64,000 nt of DNA from Octopus sinensis (GCF_006345805.1 NC_043009.1:62001-126000); one strand, 5' to 3'; counted from the first letter of the stretch, positions 1 to 13,445 are shown. The notes: a model not told the origin generated them from the letters alone. Numbers and translations are program-made.

Positions 1-739
1 TGAGAAAAACAGCACCATGACGGAGTCCTTCACACTGCCAGAAATTTGGAAACGGCATGCTGTGCTGCTTCGCATTCGCAGCAGAAGCTTCAACACGAAG
101 TATTTGGGTGTCAATCTGAGGACAGTGCATGTGCTGTGAGTGATAAAAATGAAACAAACAGTTAACATCATGGTGTTTGGAGTGATCACTAGTGATGGCG
201 AGGTTATGCATCCATTCATCTTCCCACACGATCTCAAAGTCAGCACAGAGGCCTACATCAAGTGCTTGGAGGAGGTAGTGCTACTCTGGGTGAAGAGGGT
301 AGCTGCTGGAAGACCCTATGTCTGGCAACAGGACTCTGCACCATGCCACACAAGTAGGAGAACCCAGTCGTGGCTGTCAGACAACTTCTGCGACCATATC
401 ACATATCTGGTCACCTGACTCTCTAGACTGCAATGCGCTTTATTATGTGTGGGGCGCAGTTGAGCCAGAGAGTAACAAAACTCCTTGTAACACCAAAAAT
501 GAACTGAAAGCAAGGATTATGGCAGTATTTACAAATTTAAACAAGGTGGCCGTCCAGAAAAGTTGCAGGAGATTCCGAAGTCGTCTGGAGGCCATGGTTG
601 AAGCCAATGGGGATTTTTTAAGAATAAATTTAATCTTTTGTATTTCAAGATATTTTAATGGAATTTTGGTAAATATATCTTAAAATGAGGTGTCAATGTT
701 GCTTTCGCGTAATTTAGACGACAGTTTATTCACCGTACC

Positions 740-742
<3 letters not shown>
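1..742 (+). mobile_element. Tc1/mariner DD37D (maT-type) transposon remnant, 3' part with right TIR
   Basis: ORFs 140-418 and 318-683 give WQQDSAPCHTSRRTQSWL...WSPDSLDCNALYYVWG...RLEAMVEANGDF, matching maT/DD37D catalytic motifs, with a frameshift near 390 and the last Asp mutated to Tyr. The end ...caccgtaccctg (742) is followed by TA and a (TA)n run. Confidence 0.8.
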
Positions 743-814
<72 letters not shown>

Positions 815-1095
815 GACGAGATCTTTCAGTTTCCATCTACCAATTTACCCACAAGGCTTTGGTAAACCCGAGACTAAAGTAGAATATATGTAAGTATGCA
901 TGCATGTAAGTATGTATGTATGTATGTATGTATGTATGTATTATGTATGTATGTATGTATGTATTTATGTATGTATGTATTTATGTATGTATGTATGTAT
1001 TATGTATGTATTTATGTATGTATTTATGTATTATGTATGTATGTATGTATGTATGTATGTATGTATGTATGTATGTATGTATGTATGTATGTATG
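743..1095. repeat. (TA)n and (TATG)n microsatellites flanking a SINE fragment
   Basis: (TA)n at 743-803 and imperfect (TATG)n at about 893-1095; minus-strand fragment of SINE family A at about 811-885. Confidence 0.95.
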
Positions 1096-1378
1096 TGTGT
1101 TTACATTTGTTTGATAGATAAGTTCGTTCCTTTTGTTTTTCTAATTGACACCCAGAGTCATTCATATGAAAAGAGGTTAAATTTATTTAAATTTTAAAAA
1201 CGAGAAACAAAAGTTGTAAAGAAAGAAAAAAGCTACAAAAATAAAACATGACCATAAAAAAATTTGTTAAATAAATATTGGATTGAATTAAAGTAAAAGG
1301 AACTGTAAACAAAGGAACTATTTGCCATACATACATACATACATACATACATACATACATTATAAATATGTGCATGTA

Positions 1379-1551
1379 GGCGTAGGAGTGGCTGTGTGGT
1401 AAGTAGCTTGCTTACAAACCACATGGTTCCGGGTTCATTCCCACTGCGCGGCACCTTGGGCAAGTGTCTTCTACTATAGCCTCGGGCCGACCAAAGCCTT
1501 GTGAGTGGATTTGGTAGACGGAAACTGAAAGAAGCCTGTCGTATATATTCG

Positions 1552-1583
<32 letters not shown>

Positions 1584-1844
1584 TGTATGTATGTATGTAT
1601 GTATGTATGTATGTATGTATGTGTTTTGTGTATACATTTGTGTGTCTGTGTTTGTCCCCTCAACATCGCTTGGCAACCGATGCTGGTGTATTTACGTCCC
1701 CGTAACTTAGCGGTTCGGCAAAAAAGGCCGATAGAATAAGTACTAGGCTTACAAAGAGTAAGTCCTGGGGGCGATTTGCTCGACTAAAAGCGGTGCTCCT
1801 GCATGGCCACATTCAAATGACTGAAACAAGTTAAAGAGTAAAAG
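1379..1844 (+). mobile_element. tRNA-derived SINE, family A (full length, internal microsatellite)
   Basis: Head ggcgtaggagtggctgtgtggtaag (A-box-like) and ggttcattccc (B-box-like), a ccttgggcaagt motif, internal (TATG)n and a tail ending aaagagtaaaag. Other copies: 5807-6197(+), 23634-24049(-), 28520-28902(-), 35421-35592(+, internally deleted), 36585-36685(-), 48530-48640 and 49335-49443(+), 49852-50040(-), 53171-53326(-), 54650-54770(-), 55623-55830(-). Confidence 0.85.
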
Positions 1845-1937
1845 GGTAAATATATACACACATACATACACATACACACACGCACACACACACACATACA
1901 CACACACACGCACACACACCACACACACACACAGACA

Positions 1938-1975
<38 letters not shown>

Positions 1976-3148
1976 TACATCAAAATATCTGCGACCTCAA
2001 GGGGGGAGGATAAGACACCTATTCATCTTCAATTATCATAATTTTTTATTTTAAAATAAAACTAGACTTTTCTTAGGCTTAAATAATAGAAAAAGGCATG
2101 AGGAATTCAGAATAGTTGGTCGCATTGAACAAAAATTATTAGAAAAAAGTTATGAGGTGAAATGTAATGAAATTTATTGTCAATAAGTGAGGAAGTAAGA
2201 AGTAACGCCCCAAGCAAATGTTAAGAATATATTTATAAAATGAATGTTTACAACTTAACGCAGCGGTTTGACAGAAACGTTAGTGCGGAGTGTTTAGCGG
2301 TATTTCATGTATTTTCGTTCTGAGTTCAAATTCCACCGGGGTCGACTTTACCTGTGGTATATTCTTATTTTTTTAAAAATTAAATATTTAATAAAGTTAT
2401 TCTTAATATACTGTTGAATTAGGGTAAGTTTAACTTTTATTATTAATTTTCTCTTTCAGTTTTAATAAACTTGCTTTCTACTTTTTTTTGGCTTTTCCTT
2501 TTTAGTTACTTTCCTTTTTTTTAGTTAATTTAGTTAATTTTTTTAGTTAATCAACCTAGTTCATTAATGTGTTATATGCCTTAGATATGTGCATCTAAAT
2601 TTATTGGGGCATGAATATAGTCATTTTGGGCTGTGTCTCTATGGGCAGACCTTAAGGCATGTAGTAAGGCTGTCCAGAAAATTATTTAAAAGGGATTTTT
2701 CATAAATCAAATTTATATAAATGGGATGTAGGTAATTTTAACTTGTGTATATCTGATATGCTTTTATAATTACTGTTGTATTGAATAATTATTGATAGAT
2801 CTAGATTAGCAGCAGCCAGTGCTATTATCAACGACTCAAAATATAGGTTAACTAAGGTAAGACTGGTAACTGATGGTTTTGGGGTCTTGTTGTTTGTAAC
2901 TTTTGGTGAGCTATGGTGCAATCAACAAGATGGTAAAATTCCCTGCTATTAATTTGTGTGGATGAGTAATATCAAATAATTCAATCACAGCATATATTTA
3001 AATTAAACATAAAAAAATTGAAATATTATCATCACTTACATGGAAAAATTAAAATATTATCTTTCAGTATTTTATAAGTTAAAATCTTGAATTATTAATT
3101 GACACATGATTAATTATCTTATAACAGCAATGCTTGGAAAAATCGTGG

Positions 3149-3653
3149 ATTACATGGGAAATGCGTGCATGGAAAGTAATATTCTTAAGATTATAAACCT
3201 GGAAAAGTACAGGACAAGTTATTACACCTGGAAAAGTGTAGGACAATCTATTACTTCTAGTAAGAAACTTTTTGCTTAAAATATTGCAGCTAAAATTAAA
3301 ATTTGAATATTAAAAATTATTTTATTATAGTTTACAAATAACACTATTCTTATTTAAGTAGAATTTGACTAATTTACTATCTTAAATACAGAAAAAAGCG
3401 ACTAATTAGACAAACTTTCAAATTAGCTGAACAGTTTTGAACAATAAATTTAAAAGTTGCGAACTGTAAAGAGTGATAAATTAGAAGAACTGGCATTCTT
3501 TGCTGCAATATTTTAAGTAAAAAAGTTTCTTATTCTTTACTTTACTTGAAGCAATAGCTTGTCCTCTACTTTTCCAAGTGTAATAATTTGTCCTGTACTT
3601 TTCCAGGTTTATAATCTTAAGAATATTACTTTTCATGCTCGCATTTTCTCATG

Positions 3654-3657
<4 letters not shown>
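3149..3657. mobile_element. MITE with about 109-bp terminal inverted repeats
   Basis: 3149-3257 is the reverse complement of 3548-3657 at about 90% identity. Each arm has two ctggaaaagt..aggacaa-like repeats. Termini read ta|catg...catg|ta. Confidence 0.85.
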
Positions 3658-3713
<56 letters not shown>

Positions 3714-4349
3714 TCATAGATTGATCTAGGGCTAAACCAAAAACCATCGCAACGACGAAAACTATAAATGGGACAGCAAAAGCTGATAGCAGTAGCAGTG
3801 GACGTAAAAGCTGTTGGGTGCAAAAATAACATGAATTGCAAAACAATAATAACAGCAACAGTAGCAGAAGTAATAGCAGCAGCAGCAGCAGCAAAAGAAG
3901 GGGTTTTCAAAGGTAGCGTAAGGGCCAAAAGTAGGGATTACTCGACCTGATTGGTTTCAGTACTTAGTTTATTTTATCGAACCCAGAAGTATGACAAATA
4001 TGAACTCGGAAGAGTTTAAACTCAGAATGTAAAGCATCTTGATTAAATGTTGCATACCATTGTGGAGTGACTATTTACCGGTTCTACCAAGCCCCTGGCA
4101 TCCATGGCCAGCAACAATAGCGGAACCAAATATTGTTGCAAGACCTGTTAGAAAATGGCCCAGAAATCCCATTCAAATTACACCCCAACGTCAGTGAAAA
4201 AAATAAATAAATAAAGAGTTAACTGTTGGATAACGTGACTTTGGGCTCCCTGCACAAGAGTGGTACCGGTTGGAATATCTTTCAGATAGGTCTTGCTCAA
4301 ACTACTACTACTACTACTACTACCACTACTACTACTACTACTACTACTA

Positions 4350-4381
<32 letters not shown>

Positions 4382-5040
4382 TACTACTAATAATAATAAT
4401 AATAATAATAATAAGCCTTTCTACTAAAAGCACAAGGCTTGAAATTTTGGGGGCAGGGACTAGTCGATTACAACGACCCCAGTGTTTCATTGATACTTAA
4501 TTTATCAACCCCAAAAGGACGAAAGGTAAAGTCGACCTAATGAAATTTGAACTCAGAACGTAAAGATGTATGAAATGTCGCTAACCATTTTGTCCGGCGT
4601 GCCAACGATTCTGTTAGCTCGAATACTTGGTATATTTTTCAGCTAATGATCGATATTTGGTAATATGGAAGACTTCAGTGTTTCTTCTCAATAACAGTTC
4701 ATTAACGATTCAACTATCGACACATGATCAAAGTCGCTTAAGCCATGACCATCCCTCACTACTCTCTCTTTCTCTCTCTCCCTCTTTAGAACTACATTAT
4801 CGAATGTATTACTCTCTTTTTCAATACAGTAAGGCGTATATATTACCATGAAGGATTATTAGAAAGGCGTAGTAAAAAAAATAGTTGTGACACGCCCCCC
4901 GTGAAATAAAATCAAGAAACAAAAACAAAACATGGTAGATATTCCATATAGGAAAGTGGAAGTCTATCACATTTTGCGCAGACAAAATTAAAGCGTTTAT
5001 CCCTATGTCTGATGAGCGTGATAAAGTATAGTCCGCCTTT

Positions 5041-5534
5041 GAGTATAATACGCTGGGAATTTTTAGGGGGCTGTACTTCTGAAAAACCTAAACATGTGTA
5101 CAACACGCACCCCTTCTCTAAGTTGAGTCGTGCGTAATTAAGCCAGCAGCACCTAGTCGAACAAACACTTCCGTGCATGCGTAATACAATAATGGTGATG
5201 TTCTTAACTGTTATATAGGAATGTAAATATGTTTTCAAATTGTTTTTGTCACATGTTATTCTGTGTTCTGAATACTTTTATTTTAATAAATATTGCTTGC
5301 TGAAAGTTATAGATGATTCTTTTATGATTTCATTGCTTTCAGGCTTAGCTTAAGGTATTTTCGAGCCCGACATCACAAAATACGTCTGAATAAACATTGC
5401 CGGACAGCAAATAGAGACTTGGACATTGCTTAGAAAATAATTTTCATTTTTAACCTCGTATATAGTACGCACTAGGGATTTTGACCTTTAAATTTTGGGA
5501 AAAATATGCGGATTATACTCGAGGATTTACGGTA
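5041..5534. mobile_element. pogo/Tc2-like MITE, left TIR truncated
   Basis: The right end gcggattatactcgaggatttacggta (to 5534) is a pogo-type terminus; gagtataatacgc at 5041 matches its inner half in inverted orientation. Confidence 0.45.
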
Positions 5535-5806
5535 TGTGACGTGGCTGGCTCTTTCGAATAACAGCTTTTTATCTATCCGCAGGGTTTCAACACAGTTTTT
5601 GCCCACTTACATTCACTTAAAAAGCTTAATTCACTTACATTCAGTTAAAAAACACATAGATGCTATGCAGTGAGATCGAAGAGATCAAGATTGCGAAGCA
5701 AATCTCTTAATTTGGTCATCACTGCGTCTACATCAGTGGTTCTCAACCGGGGTCTATATAAGATCTTGTTAAAACTAGTGTGCAATAAATTTGTTGTTTC
5801 CACATA

Positions 5807-5970
5807 GGCGCAGGAGTTACTGTGTGGAAAGTAGCTTGCTTACCAACCACATGGTTCCGCGGTTTCAGATTCACTGCGTGGCACCTTGGGCAAGTGTCTT
5901 CTACTATAGCCTCGGGCCGACCAAAGCCTTGTGAGTGGATTAGGTAGACGGAAACTGAAAGAAGCCCGTC

Positions 5971-6024
<54 letters not shown>

Positions 6025-6197
6025 GTATGAATGTATGTATGTATGTGTGTGTGTCTGTATTTGTCTCCCCACCACCGCCTGACAACTGATGCTGGGGTGT
6101 TTATGTCCCCGTAACTTAGCGGTTCGGCAAAAGAGTTCTGGGGTTAATTCGTTTGGTGCTCCAGCATGGCCGCAGTCAAATGACTGAAATAAAAAAA
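5807..6197 (+). mobile_element. SINE family A copy
   Basis: Colinear with 1379-1844 but lacking part of the 3' half. Confidence 0.85.
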
Positions 6198-6988
6198 CTA
6201 CACAAAATTTTAAAGCTATTTTTAAATGCAAACCCTAATGATATTCAATTATAAAAATGTAATAAGAATTTTTAGCATTGAATGGTTATGAGGGTCCATC
6301 CCAGTAAAATAGGAATCAAAGGGAACTCTTAATAAAAATGGTTAGGGCCAATGGTCTACATCATGGTGAACGCAAAGAATCGGAGCTTATATTGCTCGAC
6401 GCCCTAACGATGCTACCGATATACCACCACTATTAATTGTTGCTAACATAATCACAAGTCTAGGAATTTAGATGAGGAGGTCAGTCGATTACATCGACCG
6501 CAGTACTTAACTATTGCTTTATTTTATCAACCCTGAAATGACAAAAGAAAATGTAACCTCACGGGAGTTGAACTCGGAACGTAAGAAGCCAGAAGAAATA
6601 TCGCAGAGCATGTATTTCATCATGACAAAAGACCAGCAGTTATTAGGGAAGGGTGTTAGTTGATACCCTCGATCCTAAGACGGTGGGCTGGCAGATTTGC
6701 TAATACGCCGGTCCTAGCGGCATTTTTCAACCCTGAAAATATTGCCTTCAAGAGACTATCGTCACATCCATGGAGAGACGTATCTCTAATTCGACGACCT
6801 TTACATTTATTACTCGACCTGCAAGAAATAACAGCAAAATTTAACATCTTGAATTAGGAAGTCTACCATGGGCAATGTGAATCCTGATTTACAAAACAAA
6901 AAAAGACAGACTGGTCCCAGCTGGACATCTTTGATCATAAATCTGTTCATAAACACAGACCTAGGGCTAATCAACAACAACAGCAATG

Positions 6989-7190
6989 TGAAGGGGCAAT
7001 AGCCCAGTGGTTAGGGCAGCTGACTGGCGGTCGTAAGAACGCAGTTTCGATTCACAGACCGGGCATTGTGAGTGTTTATTGAGCAAAAATACCTAAGCAC
7101 CACGAGGATCCACCGGTGGTGGTGCGGGTGAACCCCGCTGTACTCTTTCCCAACAACTTTCTTTCACTCTTTCTTCCTACTTCTGTCACA
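6989..7190 (+). mobile_element. tRNA-derived SINE, family C (Arg-tRNA-like head)
   Basis: Head with A box tagcccagtggttagg and B box gtttcgattc. Other copies: 9326-9400(-), 10361-10530(+), 26669-26965(+); degenerate copies near 25950-26110 and 28260-28390. Confidence 0.8.
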
Positions 7191-9768
7191 AAGCAGAGGA
7201 ACCATGGTGTAACCCACTATGGTGTGGTAAACTTTCAGACCCTAATCTAGATTGCGAATCCTCTGTACCATAGGATGGTTCAGTTCTCCAGCCGTTAAAA
7301 GCCACCGTTTACAGAATGAGGATAACAACGTAGCTTTCGCGCCCGTGCAACCGCCAGTCTATCGTGTGTGGTGGGTGGGTCTTCAAGTTGCCACACGCAT
7401 TCTTAGTAGTTTAGAGTGGGCTCGAATTAGAGATTATTGTTTGTGGCTAATGGAGTGAGTCCTGATTGGAAGAAGAAGAAGACAACGGCAATAACAATAC
7501 AATGCAAAGCTACGTTAATTCCAAGCAGCAGACTCTACTATGCAGCTGTATGTTGTCGTATAACAGTTAACCATTCAGTTGCACTGCTTAAATTTCTCAC
7601 ATTAAATTTTGGACATTTATTAAATAATGTAATAAATTAATTTCTGAATAATTTATTTTATAATATAGATTGACGTTTGCTGTAATGACAGCAGGAAATT
7701 CATTTTTAGAGTCATTTAAGAACATAAAAAAAACTTTTATATTTACTTTATTTATTTCTCAATAGTACAGTCTATTATGAAGCGTCGAAAAGTTTCGTCG
7801 CACTTCTGCATCTTGGCCACTGACGCAGCGTCATTGGATTACTTTTGTTTCTTTATTTTAACTTATGGCCACAAATTTGTCAGGAAGTGGGAATAGTTGA
7901 TGGAATTAATACTAGGATCTAGGCTCACCGGCTACGTTTTTTTTTTTTGCTAACTTGCGGAGTAAGAATGGTAAAGTTGAAACCGAATAGATTTGAATAT
8001 GAATGAACGAAAGTAAAATATTAGTTTCACTTAGGCCAATGACCTACTACTTGTGGTGACATTCGTAACTGTCTGTGTTGTCTGGGAAGCACTGAAAAAT
8101 TCATGGTTTTCGATTATTTGGTATATGTCAACTCGTTATTTGGTATATGTCAACTCATTGGTTATATATCCCCCAAGAGGATTTAAGCAAGCTAATGGAA
8201 GATCCGTTAAAATTGTACAGGAACTGAACGCAGTGGCTGGATCTCCGGGTGTCTTAAAATTCGGTCGGTTGTAATTTCAAAATAGGAGACAAAATGACCT
8301 AATTATACCTAGTGGTATAATTATTGAAGTGAACACTAAATACATTGCTTGTTTATATTTTAACCTATCCCACCGCAATTTGAAATATCAACATTGCAAA
8401 TATTGCAATGCAACTCGCAAATATAAAATTCTGACTTTGTAACAAGATCATAGATGTGTAGGAGTTACGTGTTGTAATGTATGCTAGTAAGTACGTAACC
8501 GTTCTCGGATAAATGAAAAAGTAAAGTCACCCCACGACAGTTTTTGAAAGCTCATATTATGTTGGACGAAACAAAATATTTTAAAATCCTATTGAACATC
8601 GTTTAACTTTTGTCAACATCTCGCAACCCTAGGCATGTAAGTGTAACAAATAAATGTGTTCAATCCTTATTTACTGGCATTTATAGATATTGTTACACAG
8701 TACTAATACAGTAATAGAATATCGAATTAATGATGGAAGTGCCAACTGCTGGTTGCTCGACCCGCAAGAAACTGGAGTCAAGTCTCCTTCAGATATCACC
8801 CTACCGCCTTGAAAAGAACCCCACTAGATTATGTAGTCTGGAGTACCGTACGTCTGAAAAAAAATGACGGAAATTGTCACGGCAGGAATTATTGAGTAAT
8901 AGGCCTGATTAATCACCAAACCAGATGATTTCTTATATTACACTAACTTACTAACTTTATTACATCATTTTCTCTTTCCTAGTCTTTCAGGTATATTTAA
9001 AAAGGGTGATTGTCTGAAACGTCAATATTTTTTCCATTCCTCCCCAGCATATTAAAATTCATTTTGCATTCTCGTTCCTCATTCTTGCTATTTTTCTACT
9101 TCATTTTTTTTTACTCATAACTTGCCCAATTTGAACAACATTGATTTAGCGCTAACGAATGTATGATTCTGAAGTTTTGATGTCCTTCAATCCTCAACAC
9201 AATACGATTAATAATATTTTGATGGTAACGTTATTGTTGTTTAACCCTAGATAACCTCTGACCGAGCTGATCTATTATTACCTTTGCCTATCAGGTCACT
9301 TCCCCAAACAGTATAACCACGACTTTGCCCGGTCTGTGAATCGAAACCGCGTTCTTACGACCGCGAGTCCGCTGCCCTAACCACTAGGCCATTGCGCCTT
9401 CACATTGCCGTTGTTGTTGATTAGCCCTAGGTCTGTGCTTATGAACAGATTTATGATCAAAGATATTCAGCCGGGACTATTCTGTCTTTTTTTTTTGTAA
9501 ATCAGGATTCACGTTGCCCATGGTAGACTTCCTTATTCAAGATGTTAAATTTTGCTGTTATTTCTTGCAGGTCGAGTAATAACTGTAAAGGACGTCAAAG
9601 AATTCCTGCCGTGACAATAAAACAGCTGAATCATTTAGTTTTTAAAATCGTAAGGTATGAAAAGAAGATTTGGTTGATAATTCTAGCAGGTCTAAGCGAT
9701 CAGATAACAACTCCCTGAATGGCTCGTTGTTTCAAGGGCTTATGGAATGGGTTGTAAAAAACATTATG

Positions 9769-9996
9769 TTTCTTTATTGCCGCAAGAGGCTAAACATAGA
9801 GGGGATGAACAAGGATAGACAAAGAGATTAAGTCGATTACAGCGACCCCAGTGCGTAACTGGTACTTAATTTATCGACCCCGAAAGGATGAAATGCAAAG
9901 TCGACCTCGGCGGAATTTGAACTCAGAACGTAACGGCAGACGAAATACGGCTACGCACTTCGCCCGGCATGCTAACGATTCTGCCAGCTCGCCACC
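9769..9996 (-). mobile_element. tRNA-derived SINE, family B (full length)
   Basis: The reverse strand reads ggtggcgagctggcagaatcgttagc...gagttcaaattccgccgaggtcgac...aataaagaaa. Near-identical copies: 15263-15495(+), 18130-18331(-), 27663-27891(+), 33935-34127(+). Older relatives lie near 2270, 3920, 4420, 6460, 17862, 22900-23450, 24210-24640, 33790, 38670, 47630, 53525 and 54830. Confidence 0.85.
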
Positions 9997-10360
9997 TATG
10001 GGTTGTCAAAAACATTATCACGCTTCATTTACTGCTTTATAATATGAGCTGACCATCTAAGTTTCGAATTCAGGGTTCGACTTAAGCTTCCTCGGCGTGG
10101 CGTGAGGGTCGGTAATACTAAAATATACTGAATATGCTCGCTACAAGTTAATGAAAGAGACTTACATGTAGTTGCTCGACCATCTAGAAACAGCAGCGAA
10201 ATCACTCTCAAATTACACCCCCAAGGCTTTAGGCGGATTGACTTATTGGGTAATGTAGATACATTGTTGCTGAAAATAAGTGGGAGTGATCACGGCTGGT
10301 ATGCATTTGGCCATAAGTCTGCTCAAAAAGCCTGGTCTGGAGCAAAACAACAGCAACAGT

Positions 10361-10530
10361 GGAGGCGCAGTGGTTAGGGCAGCGGACTCGCGGTCGGAAG
10401 ATCGCGGTTTCGATTCCCAGACCGGGCGTTGTGTGTGTTTATTGAGCGAAAACACCTAAAGCTCCACGAGGCTCCAGCTACTCTTTCGCCCCAACTTTCT
10501 CTCGCTCTTTCTTCCTGTTTCTTGTCTCCG
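10361..10530 (+). mobile_element. SINE family C copy
   Basis: ggaggcgcagtggttagggcagcggactcgcggtcggaagatcgcggtttcgattcccagaccgggcg head. Confidence 0.8.
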
Positions 10531-10930
10531 ACTTTCTACGCAAGCCTGAGATGCGCATTCATCCATCCGTCGGTGTCGGTGGTTGACCTGCTTTCTCTTC
10601 TGCGGGTCTTACGAATAGAAAAGGACCACGTTTCAGACTTCTCCCATCTTGCAAGCTCTGGGACGAAGATCGTTCGCTCAACAGTTCGCTCAACAGCAGC
10701 ATGTATTGACAATAGATTAAAGAGGAAATCAGATACATTCCTCTGCGCATTTCCTATTTTGATCCTCCTCCATTAGTTATTACTTGTGCGCTATCACCAT
10801 TCCACAGACTGTAATATCGCCAAAACCTTATCATTTCTCTCATGCTACTTAACACAAATTTCAGAACCACTTAGTCAATCTGTAGACTGATTCTAAGAGT
10901 GAGAAAAAAGATTAAAAAGGGGTTTCATAG

Positions 10931-10993
<63 letters not shown>

Positions 10994-11347
10994 TTTACGT
11001 ATATATATAGACAGAAAGAGAGAGAGAAAGAGAAAGAGAGAGAGTGGGGAGAGAGATGTTGGTGTTATTGCTTGGCAACCAACACCATTTACTTACCTTT
11101 CTTTCACTCTTACTGTCTTTTCTATTTTGTAGTTCTTTCTCTCACAACCCAATCTAATAAAGGCATCTAATAAGGGTAGTTTATATATATATATATATCA
11201 TATTGTGTGAAATTGATTTAGTTTTTCTAAATGGAATTTTTTTCCCTGTAAGTTAGGATTAATATTCCCTCAACTAATGATAATAATAATAATAATAATA
11301 ATAATAATGGTAGTGAAGTGAAAGCACGCTATAAAAAATAAGACTAA

Positions 11348-11380
<33 letters not shown>

Positions 11381-11412
11381 TAATAATAATAATAAATAAT
11401 AATAATAATAAT

Positions 11413-12460
11413 AACAACCCGAGGGAAGTCCCAAACTGAACAACCCGAGGGAAGTACGGCAACTATTGTTGCAAAGAAGGTGAAAATGATGGCAATGAAG
11501 AAAGCGCACGAGCAATTGGCTGATAGGTGGGAGGAGAAACCTCTGCACGGCAAATATGTGACCCGCAGCAAACAAGCTGATGTTGACCAGAAGCAAACCC
11601 ATCAGTGGCTACGGAGCTCAGGGCTAAAAGCATAGAGCGAAGGTTTCATCCTGGCTGCTCAAGATCAAAGCCTATTAACCCGGAACTACCAGGCCAATGT
11701 GATGAAAAATGGAGCAGACCCAAAATGCCGATTCTGCAACGACATGATTGAAACAGTGGATCACCTAATCTCTGGATGTAAAGTCTTAGCACCAGTGGAG
11801 TATAAATTAAGACATGACAGAGTTGGCCAATATCTCCACTGGCTAATAAGTCGGCATTACAATATCAAAACTGCCGACAAGTGGTATAATCACCACCCTG
11901 AGGCTGTAACTGAAGGAGAAAATGTAACCATTCTGTGGGACTTTCCAGTACATACAGACCGAACCATCAAGGCCAATAAACCAGATATTGTTGTGAAAGA
12001 CCAAAACAATAAAGTTTGCTTATTGATCGACATGAGCATCCCCTGTGATCATAATATCTCAGCGAAAGAGTTTGACAAGCTCAGAAAATATAAAGACCTA
12101 CTCATTGAAATTGAGAAAATGTGGCATCTCAAGGTGGTTACAATACCAGTGATCGTAGGAGCACTAGGAATGATCAAGAAGGGAACCGAAAATTATATGA
12201 GAATGATCCCTGGCTTACCATCCCTGCAAGAAGTGGAAAAGATTGTCTTAACTGGTACATCACACGTATTGAGAAGAGCATTGTCGATGTGAGAACTGTT
12301 GCTGCTCATGTATTTTAATTTAACTTTAAAAAAAAAAAAATGAACGAACTACTGAGTTTGGTTTAATGGCCTACCAATGTATGCTATGAGTTTCTTTGCC
12401 CTAGGAGTCGGGAAGACACTCGGCAAGAAATGGAAGCAAATTTGAAAGAAGAAAAAAAAG
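11413..12460 (+). mobile_element. 5'-truncated R4/Dong-like non-LTR retrotransposon (REL endonuclease end) inserted in (TAA)n
   Basis: The reading frame gives KPLHGKY..QWL..*SEGFILAAQDQSLLTRNY (one stop near 11633), the CCHC motif CRFC..ETVDHLISGC, RHDRVG, KPDIV...LLIDMSIP and KLRKYKDL. (TAA)n flanks both sides (11351-11412 and from 12461). Confidence 0.88.
11699..12292 (+). pseudogene. Zinc knuckle plus restriction-like (PD-D/ExK) endonuclease domain of an R4/Dong ORF
   Basis: 197-aa ORF with CCHC, RHD, PD..D and K.KY motifs; the RT domain is absent because of the 5' truncation. Confidence 0.85.
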
Positions 12461-12517
12461 TAATAATAATAATAATAATTATTATTATTATTGTTATTAT
12501 TATTATTATTATTATTA

Positions 12518-12591
<74 letters not shown>

Positions 12592-12595
12592 TATT

Positions 12596-12628
<33 letters not shown>

Positions 12629-13030
12629 ATCACACGGAAGTATGTTTTCGTCTTTTCTCCACTCTTTCACAAAGGCCAAGTAGGTTTGACATGTCAGATT
12701 CTGCTCTTCTCGTGGTAAACGTGCATATCGAAATCCCTCTCATATCGAACTCTCCTGTTTGACTAATTGTTATTGACTTGTAGAACCACCAGTTTTATTG
12801 GCTTCCAAACCCGATCTTGTCTATGATTGTATGAAATATTATGTGAATTTACACGTGGACGACACATTACTAAGGCGAGGAATTTGGGATAATCATTAAT
12901 GAGTCAAATAAAATGCTGTGCCCTTTACAGTATTTGATTCAGTTTTCAGCAAATCACGCTAAGACTGATTTTACCTTTCATTCATTCGGAGACGCTAAAA
13001 TAAAACACTAGTCTAATGCTTTCAGTGCTC

Positions 13031-13083
<53 letters not shown>

Positions 13084-13377
13084 TCCCCCTCTCTCTCAGT
13101 CTATCGGAATCGACTATTTTAAAGAAAGACAAGAAAGGAGCATTTGTATCGAGGTTCTACGAATCCTTTCATCATGGCTGTGTGAACTTGATAAGAAAAA
13201 AAGAAAAGAAAAGAGAACAGTCATACCGTTCCTACTGCTACTACTTCTACTGCCGGCGTGCACATACACACATTAAACTAAGAGCCAAAACAGCAACGCT
13301 ACAAGCAACAAACAAACGTGCATGATACAGATATGGATATCGAGAGAAAGAGATTGCAAAGACATCATCCTGCTTAC

Positions 13378-13445
13378 CTCCAGCCAGGAGTCTGATCTTT
13401 CGGCATTGGCCAAGCATCACTGCGTTTGTGAAACCACCACTTCAT
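13378..13445 (-). CDS. Candidate first coding exon of an unidentified minus-strand gene (MKWWFHKRSDAWPMPKDQTPGW, phase 2)
   Basis: ATG at 13445 on the minus strand, an open frame to a strong donor GAG|GTAAGC (intron GT at 13377-13376), in unique and relatively GC-rich sequence. No downstream exon was identified. Confidence 0.3.

Noticed and set aside
690-1710. Many 60-150-aa ORFs such as YIYIYI, MYVCMYV, HTHT, LSLSLS and IIII here and throughout the window
   Set aside because: Translations of microsatellites that lack stop codons; no coding signal.
5734-5752. cagtggttctcaacc hAT/Charlie-like TIR
   Set aside because: No matching right TIR or 8-bp TSD nearby; the partial ggttgagaac at 25622 is 20 kb away.
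6989-7065. tRNA gene calls at SINE heads (also 10361, 26669, 1379)
   Set aside because: A and B boxes are present but no complete cloverleaf or acceptor stem; they continue into repeat bodies.
8115-8156. 21-bp tandem duplication ttatttggtatatgtcaactc
   Set aside because: Ordinary slippage duplication with no further structure.
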